Of a stretch of DNA of 64,000 nucleotides, positions 49,440 to 63,960 are shown in pieces. Source of the DNA: Octopus vulgaris (lineage: Eukaryota); assembly GCA_951406725.2 (NCBI GenBank), contig OX597819.1, positions 126,356,001-126,420,000 on the forward strand, read 5' to 3'. The notes beneath the pieces were generated by a model. That model was not told the DNA's origin. It saw nothing but the letters and a program-made list of their open reading frames with translations, and searched no databases. Position numbers and translations under genes: made by a program. Positions within the stretch are counted from its first letter, which is position 1. The number at the start of each line of letters is the position of its first letter.

Positions 49440-49710
49440 GAGTAGATGCAAAGAAAATAACCTTTGGAACAATATAAAAATAAAGATGCCTGATCTTATC
49501 TCATTGCAAGCCTTTGCTTCAAAAAGTTTTATTTCGGGAACAACATTTCCCATCGAGCGATGAAACAGAATTATTGTGTGAGCAGCAGTCACAGGAGTTA
49601 AATATAAAATTGCCCGGAGCGAACAAATGTGCGGAAAAACAAGTTCTTTTATACCCAAATAGACTTTCCGAGCTCATGGATCAAATGTTCCGTTATCCCT
49701 CCACATAAAG
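49440..49710 (+). mobile_element. Degenerate mariner transposase C-terminal relic
   Basis: Fragments PDL / LQKVLFREQHFPSSDETE / IKLPGANKCAEKQ follow the mariner pattern PDL..LK..L.G..F.S.EE / I.KLP.RW.KCVE. Confidence 0.45.
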
Positions 49711-50265
49711 ATAAAGATAATACTAATAACACGACCGCAACAACAATATGATAATAAAGTTGAGAAGAATATGAACGAATTGTGCTAAGTCTTACAGGCA
49801 ATGTTCATACAATTTAGTAGGCATACAGACGTAATTCGTAGATTGTATTGGTTTTTATTTACCTGTGTCTTTTAAATTTACATTGCAATTTTTCCTTTTA
49901 TAAAAGCGTAATTTTATTGCATAACATATTTGCACAGGTAGGTCAAAGAGGAACAGGACTGATACCTACTCAGTGTGTAATGATGCGTAGAATACTACAG
50001 AAATATACACAAATATTTAAGACGTTTGATATGCTTACCGATGTTAATATTTGCTTTCTATGAGTTTAATGTTACCGTAAAGAAATGTATTTATGTAAAA
50101 AAAAATAGAATGAAAAAGAAAAAGAATGCATGGCATTTCTGTTGTTTTGTTTTTGTCTTTCAGCTTGTATAATTTTGTTGCATGTTTATATTATGACTGA
50201 AGGTTTTCCATCCTCTTTCTCAAACGCGCAGATATATTTCATGCATAAATACATGTCCACCCACG

Positions 50266-50364
<99 letters not shown>

Positions 50365-50373
50365 CTATATATA

Positions 50374-50422
<49 letters not shown>

Positions 50423-50457
50423 ATCTATCTATCTATCTACCTACCTATCTATCTATC

Positions 50458-50494
<37 letters not shown>

Positions 50495-50518
50495 ATATCT
50501 ATCTATCTATCTACCTAC

Positions 50519-50629
<111 letters not shown>

Positions 50630-50765
50630 TATCTGATGCACCGAATGTCAATTGCTAAAAAGCATTCGTGAAGTAAAATCATGTAGCAACACCGAATGGC
50701 GGTGCCCCAGCATGGCCACAGCTCGTGAGCTGAAACTAGGTAAAATAAAAAATAATATAAATAAA
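50630..50765 (+). mobile_element. Retroposon 3' tail in (TA)n (same family as 15134-15195)
   Basis: ATGGCGGTGCCCCAGCATGGCCACAGCTCGTGAGCTGAAACTAGGTAAAATAAAA. Confidence 0.7.
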
Positions 50766-51128
50766 ATAATATATACATATATATGTATGCATATATATAC
50801 ATATAATTATAATGTATTTATATGTATATATATATTTGTATACACACATATATATATATACATACATATACATATACATACATATATATAAACACATACC
50901 AATATTGTATTCTTATATATTAAATATCTATCAATGAATATGCTATTTTCACCAGATGTTTACTCATAACTTCCCTCGCACTCTCTCTCCCTCTCCCTCT
51001 CTCTCCCTCTCCCTCTCTCTCTCTCTCTCTTTTTCTCTTTCACACTTTCTTTCTCTCTGTCCACACACGTTTGCGTTTGAAAGTATAATTGTTTATACTA
51101 GTGAAAACATTTCCGGGCAGTTAAAATC

Positions 51129-51665
51129 TATGTATGTATGTATGTATGCATGCATGTATGTATGTATGTATGTATGTGTATGTATGTATGTATGTATGTA
51201 TGTATGTATGTATGTATGTATGTATGTATGTATGTATGTATGTATGTATGTATGTATGTATGTATGTATGTATGTATGTATGTATGTATGTATGTATGTA
51301 TGTATGTATGTATGTATGTATGTATGTATGTATGTATGTATGTATGTATGTATGTATGTATGTATGTATGTATGTATGTATGTATGTATGTATGTATGTA
51401 TGTATGTATGTGTGTGTGTATGTATGTATGTATGTGTGTATGTATGTGTGTATGTATGTATGTATGTATGTATGTATGTATGTATGTATGTATGTGTGTA
51501 TGTATGTATGTATGTATGTATGAATGAATGTATGTATGTATGTATGTATGTATGTATGTATGTATGTGTGTATGTATGTATGTATGTATGTATGTATGTA
51601 TGAATGAATGTATGTATGTATGTATGTATGTATGTATGTATGCATGTATGTATGTGTGTGTGTAA

Positions 51666-51696
<31 letters not shown>

Positions 51697-51809
51697 TGTA
51701 TGTATGTATGTATGTATGTATGTATGTATGTATGTATGTATGTATGTATGTATGTATGTATGTATGTATGTATGTATGTATGTATGCATGTATGTATGTG
51801 TGTGTGTAA

Positions 51810-51840
<31 letters not shown>

Positions 51841-52210
51841 TGCATGTATGCATGCATGTATGTATGTATGTATGTATGTATGTATGTATGTATGTGTGTG
51901 TGTATGTATGTATGTATGTGTGTATGTATGTGTATGTATGTATGTATGTATGTATGTATGTATGTATGTATGTATGTATGTATGTATGTATGTATGTGTG
52001 TATGTATGTATGTATGTATGAATGAATGTATGTATGTATGTATGTATGTATGTATGTATGCATGTATGTATGTGTGTATGTATGCATGTATGTATGTGTG
52101 TGTGTGTATGTATGTATGTATGTATGTATGTATGTATGTATGACTGTATGTATGTATGTATGTATGTATGTATGTATGTATGTATGTATGTATGTATGTA
52201 TGCATGCATT
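51129..52210. repeat. ~1.1-kb (TATG)n microsatellite
   Basis: Directly visible; explains the 300-370 aa ORFs. Confidence 0.97.
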
Positions 52211-52616
52211 TATGTATCTACTTAAAGATATATATATTATTTTTGCTTTTTTGTTTCCTGTGTTGATTTCGTTTCTATTTTGCTAAGTAAAATACTGTTT
52301 TACAAGGAAAATAACAAAGATAAAAACATGAACAAACCAATATATTTTCCTATCACTATCTCTATTAATAATCATCTCTAATATTAATGCATATTTAACA
52401 CTAAGCTCATGTTTTCTCACGTGTCGTTGCCTGTGGCTAAACGTTTAAAGGTAAAATCAAATTAAACTCGATTTCCGAATTCAAATGACATGCAATGTGT
52501 GTGTGTACGTTTGCATTTATGCTAATATAGGTATGCACACATACACACACATACACATATACAAGGACATGCACACACAACATATATACATATACATATA
52601 CATATATATACATATG

Positions 52617-52681
<65 letters not shown>

Positions 52682-52738
52682 CTGTGTGTGTGATATATAT
52701 ATATATGTGTGTGTGTGTATACATATATGTGTATACAT

Positions 52739-53086
52739 TACAGAGAGATACTTGCATAGCAAGTGACCTGATTTGAGATCGTGTGCTGAAACAAAAACAA
52801 TTGCAGCATGGAAAGTGTTTATAAGCCATTTTATAAACACACACACACACAAAAAAGAAAAACGTTAGAGTCACTTCAAAATGGATTTGCCAAAATATTT
52901 TCGTCGCTTTGAGACTGCGATCTGTTCACTGACAACGATGCAGAATGGAATTTTATCAGTGAACAGGTCGCGGTCTGAAAGTGACGAAACTATTTTGGCA
53001 AATTAAATTTAAATGTCGAAGCGAATCTAACGGTTTTTGTGATTTTTAAATGGTTTATAAACACCTTCCACGCTACAACTGCTGTT
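52739..53086. mobile_element. (TA)n-embedded fold-back element, family H4
   Basis: Inverted arms ~52797-52935 and 52953-53086; homologous to 1620-1820. Confidence 0.75.
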
Positions 53087-53093
53087 ATATATA

Positions 53094-53129
<36 letters not shown>

Positions 53130-53162
53130 CTTTATTTTAAGCAGCAGAAAATTCAACAAAAT

Positions 53163-53199
53163 CTGTTACTCTGAGTTTCTCGTTGCCGTTCATCAGACA

Positions 53200-53200
<1 letters not shown>
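53163..53200 (-). ncRNA. Type I hammerhead motif, family H2
   Basis: TTGT-CTGATGA-ACG(GCAA)CGA-GAAA-CTCAGAG-TA-ACAG. Canonical core with one stem II mismatch, in a ~70-bp fragment between (TA)n tracts. Confidence 0.72.
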
Positions 53201-53275
<75 letters not shown>

Positions 53276-53630
53276 ATTTATTTATTTTTCGATCTTAAGT
53301 TGGTCAAAGAAATGGCCCAAGTAATATAAATCTCAACAAGAAATATTTAAATGATGCTTCTTTCTGTTCTTTCGCCATGGCATCAATATTTCGTAAGTGA
53401 TATAAAATAAATCACAAAATGTAACTCATAAGAAAATGTCATATGTTTTGACGGAAAATTTTAGGAAAAATTCAACATTTTTATAGTGGTCGGATTCATT
53501 TGATATTTATATCAAAAATTTGTTTAAATATGAAGTGAATGTGTGAACTTTTAGAATATACATTGACAAAACTACAAGAATATGAATGTATAAATGTAAA
53601 CGTAAGTTTTCTTAAACGTGTTCAATCAGT

Positions 53631-54014
53631 GGAAGCACTCCGTCGGTTACGACGACGAGGGTTCCGGTTGATCCGAATCAACGGAACAGCCTGCTCGTGA
53701 AATTAACGTGTAAGTGGCTGAGCACTCCACAGACACGTGTACCCTTAACGTAGTTCTCGGGGATATTCAGCGCGACACAGAGAGTGACAAGGCCGGCCCC
53801 TTGAAATACAGGTACAACAGAAACAGGAAGTAAGAGTGTGAGAAAGTTGTGGTGAAAGAGTACAGCAGGGATCACCACCACCCCCTGCCGGAGCCTCGTG
53901 GAGTTTTAGGTGTTTTCGCTCAATAAACACTCACAACGCCCGGTCTGGGAATCGAAACCGCAATCCTATGACCGCGAGTCCGCTGCCCTAACCACTGGGC
54001 CATTGCGTCTCTAC
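53631..54014 (-). mobile_element. tRNA(Arg)-derived OR-like SINE, tail type 2, with TSD
   Basis: TSD GTTCAATCAGT at 53620-53630 and 54015-54025. Confidence 0.95.
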
Positions 54015-54322
54015 GTTCAATCAGTAGAACCTCACTTAACTTATCCTTGATTTTCGTGAATGAGTCTCAGTTAGACAATTTTTCTGTTTTGAAACGATTT
54101 ACATCGGTCAAACCAACTCAATAGTCTGAAGTAATGTGGCAATATTTTTGCACCCAGAATCGAAATAGAGTGGCAAGAGACAGGCGATCACATAGTATGT
54201 AGAACAGGTGACCGGCAGAATCCGGAAAGCTACGGATTAACTGTTTTCATATATAAGTTATCTCCCTTCATGTTCTTAAAATAAAACTCCCCGCTCTGGT
54301 CTCTCTACCTTTTGTTTTTCAG

Positions 54323-54342
54323 TGCAGAAAGACATTCAATAA
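54323..54342 (+). CDS. Candidate short terminal coding exon
   Basis: Strong acceptor CTCTCTACCTTTTGTTTTTCAG; if joined to 46866 in phase 1 it gives ...SETNE-MQKDIQ*. No homology support. Confidence 0.25.
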
Positions 54343-54391
54343 TATAAGTATCAATCAAAAGGGTGGATCGTTATAATCGATTGTTTTTCCA

Positions 54392-54443
54392 CGTCGTCGT
54401 CGTCGTCGTCGTCATCGTCATCATCACCAACACCACCACCACC

Positions 54444-54501
<58 letters not shown>

Positions 54502-54510
54502 ACATCGCCA

Positions 54511-54545
<35 letters not shown>

Positions 54546-54713
54546 ATCGTCATCGTCGTCATCATCATCATCATCATCATCAACATCGCCATCATCGTCA
54601 TCGTCATCGTCATCGTCATCATCGTCATCGTCATCATCATCATCATCATCATCATCATCAGCATCATCATCATCATCATCATCATCGTCATCGTCATCGT
54701 CGTCGTCGTCGTC

Positions 54714-54745
<32 letters not shown>
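54392..54745. repeat. (CAT)n/(CGT)n/(CAC)n trinucleotide tract
   Basis: Directly visible. Confidence 0.95.
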
Positions 54746-55214
54746 TCTTAATATTAATACCAAATCAATATTTATTAAAAAAAAACATCAGTTGTACAGT
54801 TCCTGATTTCTGTATGTGTGCATGTATGTGTGCATGTATGTATGTGTGCATGTATGTGTGCAAGTGTGTATATTGATTGGATGCAGTTTTTGCTTCATCC
54901 TTTGCATTTTATTTATTTATTTTTTATATTATTTCCTTTTTTTCTTCTGCCGCTTAATAAATTTAACCACGTTGTGTCTGGACTCTGGTGACTATTACCT
55001 GCTACGGATGATTGGTTGATTGTTTCTCCATCAAAATACTAATAGCTATTTAGTATGTTCAGTTAAATGTATTCTTGTTAGCAATGAGGTGTTTAGACAA
55101 TACATCAATGCTACTTTCTACATTAATCAACATCAACAGGCTCTGATCTACTTAAAGCTCACTGCAACAAGACAGGTGTGGTTATATGAGGCGCCACAGA
55201 AACACGGAAAGGGA

Positions 55215-55273
<59 letters not shown>

Positions 55274-55659
55274 AGAGAGAGTCTGTGGTCTAAAGTCTCA
55301 TTGATGAATACGTTCACGAAGTTGATTGAATATATGTGAAAAGAATTGGCAAATTCAAAGTTTGGACTCGAAACTCACCAAAAGGGATCTACACTACTCA
55401 TTCATTGACTGGGATTGGAATTTAAATATATTCCAATTTTTTTACTCTGTCTCTGGATTTTATTCTATGTCCCTAAGTTTCCCTCACTGTATGACATAAG
55501 CATTAACAAATTCACATGTGAAATATTAGAGCCCTATCCAGAGAAAAAAAAAGGGGGTTTGTTTCTCAACCACCATACGCTGCAGAATCGTCAATTCATA
55601 TTAATGTAATGGAAAGTTAATTCATAAGATAGAATTAATTGCAAATTTTACTATAAGTA

Positions 55660-56068
55660 GGCGATGGAGTGGCTGTGTGGTAAGTAGCTTGCTTACCAAC
55701 CACATGGTTCCGGGTTCAGTCCCACTGCGTGGCATCTTGGGCAAGTGTCTTCTACTATAGCCTGGGGCCTACCAAAGCCATGTGAGTGGATTTGGTAGAC
55801 GGAAACTGAAAGAAGCCTGTCGTATATATATATATACATATGTGTGTTTGTTTGTGTCTGTGTTTGTCCCCCCCCCCAACATCGCTTGAGAACCGATGCT
55901 GGTGTGTTTATGTCCCCGTAACTTAGCGGTTCGGCAAAAGAGACCGATAGAATAAGTACTAGGCTTACAAAGAATAAGTCCTGGGGGTCGATTTCCTCGA
56001 CTAAAGGCGGTGCTCCAGCGTGGCCGCAGTCAAATGACTGAAACAAGTAAAAGAGTAAAAGAGTAAAA
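55660..56068 (+). mobile_element. Family B SINE, full length
   Basis: Intact head, core and (GTAAAAGA)n tail. Confidence 0.95.
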
Positions 56069-56817
56069 CGAATTTTAGCGACTATGAATTGGTGTCTTCA
56101 GTGATCGATTTATACACATCTCTCAGTGTGTTCTCAAATATTTGCTCAGTTTTAAATCTGATTTTACAGGATCTAATTTTTATAACGAGAACAACAACAA
56201 CGAGGCATAAAATTTTAATCACCTATCAAAATCCACTACGTCTCCTACCAGCCGATTCCAATTCAACACTATTAATACACTAAAGCGAACCATTCGTCTC
56301 TTGTCAGATTTATTATACTAGTAGCGTTTGGCTCCTTTAAGTTTTTATTCCATTTTCTACAAATTTTATAACAGGCGATTCTTAATCTTTATATTTGTTG
56401 TGAAATGGTAACGTCATATCTGTAACATTACAAAGTAGGATCCTCTTCCACAATAATAAAGAAAATCCGAGAGAAAGGTAATCGAATCCTGGAACTCAAG
56501 ATTTATCCATTTTCAAAGCTAGACATTAAAATAAAACCAAATCGCAACAAACCAACACACCAAAACTGAAAATTAATTAGAGGTAAAGTACATGTAATTA
56601 TTAATTAACTAAGATGTGCGCTAATTGTAAGGTAAATGGCGATGAACTCGAGAAAATAATGACGGATTATATAACTTGCAGCTCTTGAGATAAACTTCAT
56701 ATTGTTTTCGATTTTATTGCAATCACAGTCATATACAACGACTTCGATTATCAACAATTACAATGATCAATGAGCCAATGAGGGAAGCCGCTATATGATC
56801 GCTGAGCCACTGAAAAA

Positions 56818-57267
56818 TCATCATCTTCATCATCATCATCATCATCATCATCGTTTAACGTCCGTTTTCCATGCTAGCATGGGTTGGACGGTTCGACCGG
56901 GGTCTGGGAAGCCAGGAGGCTTGCCCCAGGCTCCAGTCTGATTTGGCAGTGTTTCTACAGCTTGATGCCCTTCCTAACGCCAACCACTCCGTGAGTGTAG
57001 TGGTTGCTTTTTACGTGCCACCGGCACAACTGCCAGGGGAGGCTGGCAACGGCCACGATCGGTTGATGCTTTTTATGTGCTACCGGCATGGAAGCCAGTC
57101 AAGGCAGCACTGGCATCGGTCATGTTCGGATGGTGCTTTTTACGTACCACCGGCACAGGGATCACAACTACAATTTCCATTGATTTTTGATGTTGATGTA
57201 CTTGACTCAATAGGTCTCCTCAAGCACAGGGTCGAAACGGTGTTTCTTTACTTGCCACCTGCACAGG
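56818..57267 (-). mobile_element. RTE-related non-autonomous retroposon with internal ~65-bp tandem units and (GAT)n tail
   Basis: Minus strand contains GGAGTGGTTGGCGTTAGGAAGGGCATCAAGCTGTAGAAAC (RTE 5' UTR-like) and ends CCGTCCAACCCATGCTAGCATGGAAAACGGACGTTAAAC(GAT)n. Confidence 0.75.
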
Positions 57268-57931
57268 ACAAATATCTTTCGAATCTGATTTACTGACAAA
57301 AGTGCAAATTAATATATGAAGACCTAGATGGTTCCTTAAAGACAGGATGGTCACGGCTTGGATTAATCAGTTACTGATCTTTGACTGAACAGCAGTAAAT
57401 ATATAAATGAGTCTACGACGGAACACTTACGTAGTCATTAAATCTGTTAAAATTAGATCAACAACCGTCCCTCACCTATCACAATCTACATTCTAAAAGG
57501 TGAAGCACACATTTGATAATTTAGTTCAATATACACAATGACAAAATAGATCTGCAACGGGCATAGATATTAAATAACAGAAAAAATATAATGCAAATAA
57601 CTAGAGATCGAACTTATGATTGTAAAAGTAAACTTCTTAACCCCTTGGCCATGCTTGTATCCATATTTCTTATTGTAAACATTCGTACATATACACACAT
57701 ACAGAGATATATACACACAAAAATACATATATGCATAAACACATTCATAATACATACATACTTACATACACACACACACACACATATATATATACATGCA
57801 TATCTATCTACCTTATATATATATACACACATACAAATCTATCTACCTAATATATATATATATTATATACACACATACATATCTATCTACCTATATATAT
57901 ATATATATACACACACACATGCATATCTATC

Positions 57932-57972
<41 letters not shown>

Positions 57973-58016
57973 CATATCTATCTATCTTATATATATATAC
58001 ACATACATATCTATCT

Positions 58017-58078
<62 letters not shown>

Positions 58079-58664
58079 CATACATATATATATATAGAGA
58101 GAGAGAGAGGGAGAGAGAGAGGAAAGAAAGAGAGATGTAGATTTGAATTAATATATATGTAAGCACATTTTCTCACGTGCGCACGCACACACAGACACAC
58201 ACACACGCATACGCATATACGTGTGTGTATGTATGTGTGTAAAGAGACATCGTTATATCAATAATAGTATTTACGAGACATCAGCAACCGTAATCGTCTA
58301 GAAGATTTTACTTAATGTCCATCACCAGGTTCCAATGTTCGTTCCAGTTTACTTAAGCTTCCTCGCGTATTTTCCCCACCACCACCAACAAACCGACATC
58401 CCCCCACACACGCATACTCATACGCATACACTCACACACCTTTACCTATCAGAGCTCACCTCGGAGACTCTCCACTACCCAACCTCACTCTCCCCTTTTT
58501 CCAAATACCAATTGGTTCTTTGGCTTTGTGACTTATGCACTCGAAAATTGCCAAAAACTCATTGGAATGAGGAACTGTATATAATAGCTTCCGCCTAACC
58601 AAGTGTACGCTTCTTAGTGCACTGGACCGTGGAATATAATAGAAATGTCGGTCGTTGAGTAGAT

Positions 58665-58733
<69 letters not shown>

Positions 58734-58856
58734 CATCATCTGACGAAGAGTGAAAAAGTAGAAGTAACAGAGAATGTTAGGTTGGCTACGGTAGCGATAG
58801 AGAGGAATGGAGAAATATAGAGGTAGGTGTGAATAAATAGGTTTGGTAATTGGGAG

Positions 58857-58879
58857 GAAAGAAAGAAACAAGCAAAAAC

Positions 58880-58950
<71 letters not shown>

Positions 58951-59397
58951 AAAAGGGAGAGAATGAAAGTAGGGAAGATAGCTGTAAGAGAGGAAGAAAT
59001 CTGAAAGAAAGAGATATGGAGGAATAAAGAGAGACTGCCAGAAAGTGAGAGTGAAAGGAAAGAAAATGTAAGAGAAGAAGAATGAAGGAAAGAAAATGAG
59101 AGCATGGGGAAAATCCCAGAAAGACGAATGACAGAGTGAAAAATAGAAGGTATGAAAGGAAGAAAGAAAGAACGAAAAAGAAACAGGAGAAAGGAATGAA
59201 AAAAAAGGCGTTAGAAAATGAAAGAATAAATTTATGTTGAATAAACAAATAAATGAATTAGCCAGAAAATGGAAGGAATGAAAATAGAAAAAAGAAAGAG
59301 TGAAAGAAAAACGGACAAAAGAAAGAGTGAAATAAAAATAAATATGAAGGAAATAACGAAAGAAAAGAAGAAATACAGAAAGAAAGAAAGAAAGAAA

Positions 59398-59430
<33 letters not shown>

Positions 59431-59522
59431 AAAAAGAAAGAGTGAAAGAAAAACAGACAGAAGAAAGAGTGAAATAAAAATAAATATGAAAGAAATAACG
59501 AAAGAAAGGAAGAAATACAGAT

Positions 59523-59577
<55 letters not shown>

Positions 59578-59605
59578 AAAAAGAAATACAGAAAGAAAGG
59601 AAGGA
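58857..59605. repeat. (GAAA)n and purine-rich tract with a ~141-bp internal tandem duplication
   Basis: 59288-59382 recurs at 59429-59524. Confidence 0.9.
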
Positions 59606-60141
59606 AACGACAGATGCAAGAAAGAGAAATAATAGAAAATATAAAGAAAGAAAAAGAGTATGGAGAAAGAAATACCATAAAGGAAAGAGAGAGAGAATGA
59701 AGGAATGCATGAAATATAATAAATGCATTAATTGGTCAGTAAGAAGGAATACAAAGTTTTGAAAAGTGAAATAATTAAATAATGAATGAATGAATGAAAG
59801 AGCAAAAGGGAGAAAGAAAAAGCAAAGAAAGAAAGAATAATTGAATGAATGAACGAAAATAGAGAAGTATAAGGATAGATTGTTGTTTGAAGGAAAATAT
59901 TTATATTCTTCTCCGCATATGTTACTTAAATTAAGGAAGACGAAAAGTAAGGAAGAGAACGGTTTTGGATGGAGAAAGGGGACATAAATATATGTGCATC
60001 CATAGGAGATGAAATTGTTGTAAGGTGAAGGTACAAGTGTATATGTGTGGGAATATATGCGGTTCGGTGCATGTACATAGCAGGTACAAGACTGTATATG
60101 TGTGTGTGTTTGTGTTTGTATGTGTATTGAGTGTGGGTGTG

Positions 60142-60177
<36 letters not shown>

Positions 60178-60224
60178 GTGTGTGTGTGTGCATGTATGTA
60201 TGTATGTATGTATGTATGTATATA

Positions 60225-60379
60225 GTGGCTGTGTGGTTAGAAGCTTGCTTCCCAATCACATGGTTCCGGGTTCAATCATACTGCGTGGAAAACTGGGGCA
60301 AGTATTTTCCACAATAGCCTCGGGCTCACCAAAGCCTTTTGAGTGGATTTGGTAGACGGAAACTGAAAGAGGCCCGTCG

Positions 60380-60382
<3 letters not shown>
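60225..60382 (+). mobile_element. Family B SINE 5' part
   Basis: GTGGCTGTGTGGTTAGAAGCTTGCTTCCC...GATTTGGTAGACGGAAACTGAAAGAGGCCCGTCGT. Confidence 0.85.
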
Positions 60383-60437
<55 letters not shown>

Positions 60438-60475
60438 AACACATTTATAATATATTATATTATAATATATTATAT

Positions 60476-60513
<38 letters not shown>

Positions 60514-60576
60514 TATATCATATTATATTATATTATATATATATATATATATATACAAATTTATATTATATATATA

Positions 60577-60607
<31 letters not shown>

Positions 60608-61049
60608 CATACATACATACATACATACATACATTCATACAACCACAAATTTTCAGGGAAAGTTAAAGCAAGAAAGAAATAAAGACAAAGAAAATAATAA
60701 GTAAAAATATAAAATAGGAATACGAAATAAGTTTACTGGAGAGAGAATTAAAATTTATTGGAGAAGGAAAAAGTGTGCCAGAAAGAGAGAGAGAGGGGGG
60801 AGTAGAGAGTGCATAGGAGAGAGAGTAAGAAAGAGGAAAGGAGAGCAAGCGGGAGTGGGCGAGAGGGAGACAATGGTTGATGGTGGGATGGAGATATCTG
60901 GTTTGGCTTAGTACAAAGCGAATTATCTCTAACACAGGAATCGTTATTTTGATTATTGATTGAGGAGAATACAATGACAGGTTGGAGAACTGCCCTTTGC
61001 TTCTTCTCAGGCAACACGAATCTAATCACATGATTTGGGATTGGAAGAT

Positions 61050-61462
61050 ACACACACGCACACAGATATACACGCAAACACACACACACAGAGATATATA
61101 CACACGCTAACACACACACACAGACATATACACGCAAACACACACACACATGCACACACACACAGATATACACACGCAAACACACATGCACACACACACA
61201 AACATATACACACAAACACACACACACACAGATATACACACGCGCACACACGCACGCACACACACGCACACACACACAGACATATACTCGCAAACACACA
61301 CATACATGCACGCACACACACACACATGCACGTACACACACACACACACATATACACGCAAACACACACACACACAGATATACACACGCTAACACACACA
61401 CACACATGCACACAAACACACACGCACAAACAATATATATGCGTTCGGGCGCGCGCGTGTGT

Positions 61463-61508
<46 letters not shown>

Positions 61509-61513
61509 TGTGT
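61050..61513. repeat. (CA)n-rich then (TG)n tract
   Basis: Directly visible. Confidence 0.9.
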
Positions 61514-61816
61514 GAAGGCGCAATATAATTCGAATGGTTCAACAGTTTTGCAATTGGTTTCGAATCTGCTGCGTAGCACCTTCAGCTAATCTCATTTTCT
61601 GTAGCATCGGGTCGACTCTGCACAAGAACTGTATACAAACTAGTTCAAACTAAGGACTCGTTAAGAGCGCAGGTGTCTATAGAAAGCTCACACAATTACA
61701 AGTTCATTTGTGAGAAGAAATGCTTCTGCTGTCCGAACAATATGTCCTTGTGTGTGTGTGTATGTGTGTGAGTGTGTATATATGTGTGTATGTTGTGTAT
61801 GTATATTTGTATAATC

Positions 61817-62020
61817 TTTTGCTTGTTTCAGTCATTAGTCAGTGCGAGGGTATGGCCTTGAAAAATTTTAGTTGAAAAAGGTGACCTCTGAACTTATTTC
61901 TTTTAAAAAACCTACACCTTATTCTATCCGTCTCTTTTGCCATTAAGTTACAGCAACGTAAAGAAAACAATACTAGTTGTCAAGCGGTCGTTGGGGAACG
62001 AATACAGACACAAAGATAGA
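61817..62020 (-). mobile_element. Degenerate family B SINE 3' part
   Basis: CTTGTTTCAGTCATT...TTATTCTATCCGTCTCTTTTGCC...GTTGTCAAGCGG. Confidence 0.7.
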
Positions 62021-62065
62021 CACGCATACATACACAGACACATGCACACGCATATATATATATAT

Positions 62066-62119
<54 letters not shown>

Positions 62120-62203
62120 ATAGATACATACATACATACATAAATACATAGATGAATAAATAGATAGATACATACATACATACATACATACATAGATGGA
62201 TAA

Positions 62204-62279
<76 letters not shown>

Positions 62280-62972
62280 CAAAGAGAGGGAGAGAGAGAG
62301 AATGATACACATGAGCAAATAAAACCGCTTGCACTAGATATATAAAATATACATGCATATATACATGAAAAGAGAGAGAAAATAAAGATTGAAAATATTC
62401 AGACGATGAGCACTCTTGCATAAATATAGTGATATTTGTATATTGACAGGACAAAACTTATACAAAATAGGAAGGCACGAGTATTTAAGGTGACAAGGTA
62501 TGGCAATACACCTCCGACAGCCGTATCTCTGGTTTGTGACAAAATTTGAAACCAACTCTTCAGGACACCATGCGACGGTCGAGATCTGCACATCCATGTA
62601 TACATCATTTACAAACATGCGCGTATATAAACATGCATATACGGACATAGTCATAAAGTTACACATGCATATACATGCACACTCAAACATATTCGTACGT
62701 ATAGATATACATATATCTATATGTATAGATATATAGATGTACATATACTTATACACCCATGCACACCGGCATGCAGTTTTACGATCAAATGTAAGTTCCA
62801 GATCCAACAATGGGAAGGTTCCAAGGGTTTACATAAGATAAGAACACAAATTGGTTAAAGGTATGCTACAGCTGCCTTGTACTCTGAGTTTTTTCTTTAG
62901 ATATGATCTTTCGAGCAACAACAGAATTGTTACACGTATTTTCGTTTAGAATGTTTGTACAGTACATTCTTA

Positions 62973-63024
<52 letters not shown>

Positions 63025-63253
63025 TACACATATATACTCATATATATGCATGTATGAGTATATATGCATATATATATACTTATGTACGTATATAAATATT
63101 GTGTATATACATATAGTAAAAAAGATTCAGCGTAAGAGAGAAGGAACATATATATGCATACAACGCATTTTATATATATAAATGCTAAAATGCCTCTTGA
63201 ATCACCTTCTTTCGGTACAGACATACACACACACACACACACGTGTGCACACA

Positions 63254-63294
<41 letters not shown>

Positions 63295-63764
63295 GGAGAG
63301 AGAATGGAAGAAAGAAAGAAAGAGCGTGTGTGTGTGTGTGTGTGTGAGTTAAGGGGAGGGAAAGGTATAGAAAACAAGTAGTTTTATGATGCAGATGGTA
63401 ATCTCGTGCGATGATCATCACAAGGAACAGTGAGACAAATAACAACAGCAACAAAGAAGTGACAAGAAAACTATTATAATGGCGACAAAGACAATATTAC
63501 TAACGGGGCTCACTACCGCAGGGCCGCAACAACAGTTACAGCAATTGAATACCAATCTGTTGTACTGAAGACCTACGCAAAAGAACTGTAATATGAAATG
63601 ATGAGGGTATTGTGGAGGCCATCACCCGCACCGACTCTTTCGTGAACAACTGCTGTTGTCCATCAAGAAGAGCAAAATTGTCATAGCATTGCAATTCAAA
63701 AATCAAATAACATCTTTATCAACCCTCAACCAAGTTTCCCTTCGCGACGGAGCTCCTCTCTTGC

Positions 63765-63960
<196 letters not shown>

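Noticed and set aside
49915-49945. CACAG/GTAGGT recursive splice site
   Set aside because: Weak pyrimidine tract, and such a motif is expected by chance in 64 kb.
57005-57156. CRISPR-like 23-bp repeats with ~40-bp spacers
   Set aside because: Eukaryotic context, no cas genes, and the spacers are homologous to each other, so these are tandem units of a retroposon.
63380-63760. GC-richer unique segment as a coding exon
   Set aside because: The frames examined on both strands close within about 55 codons, with no convincing splice pair or motif.
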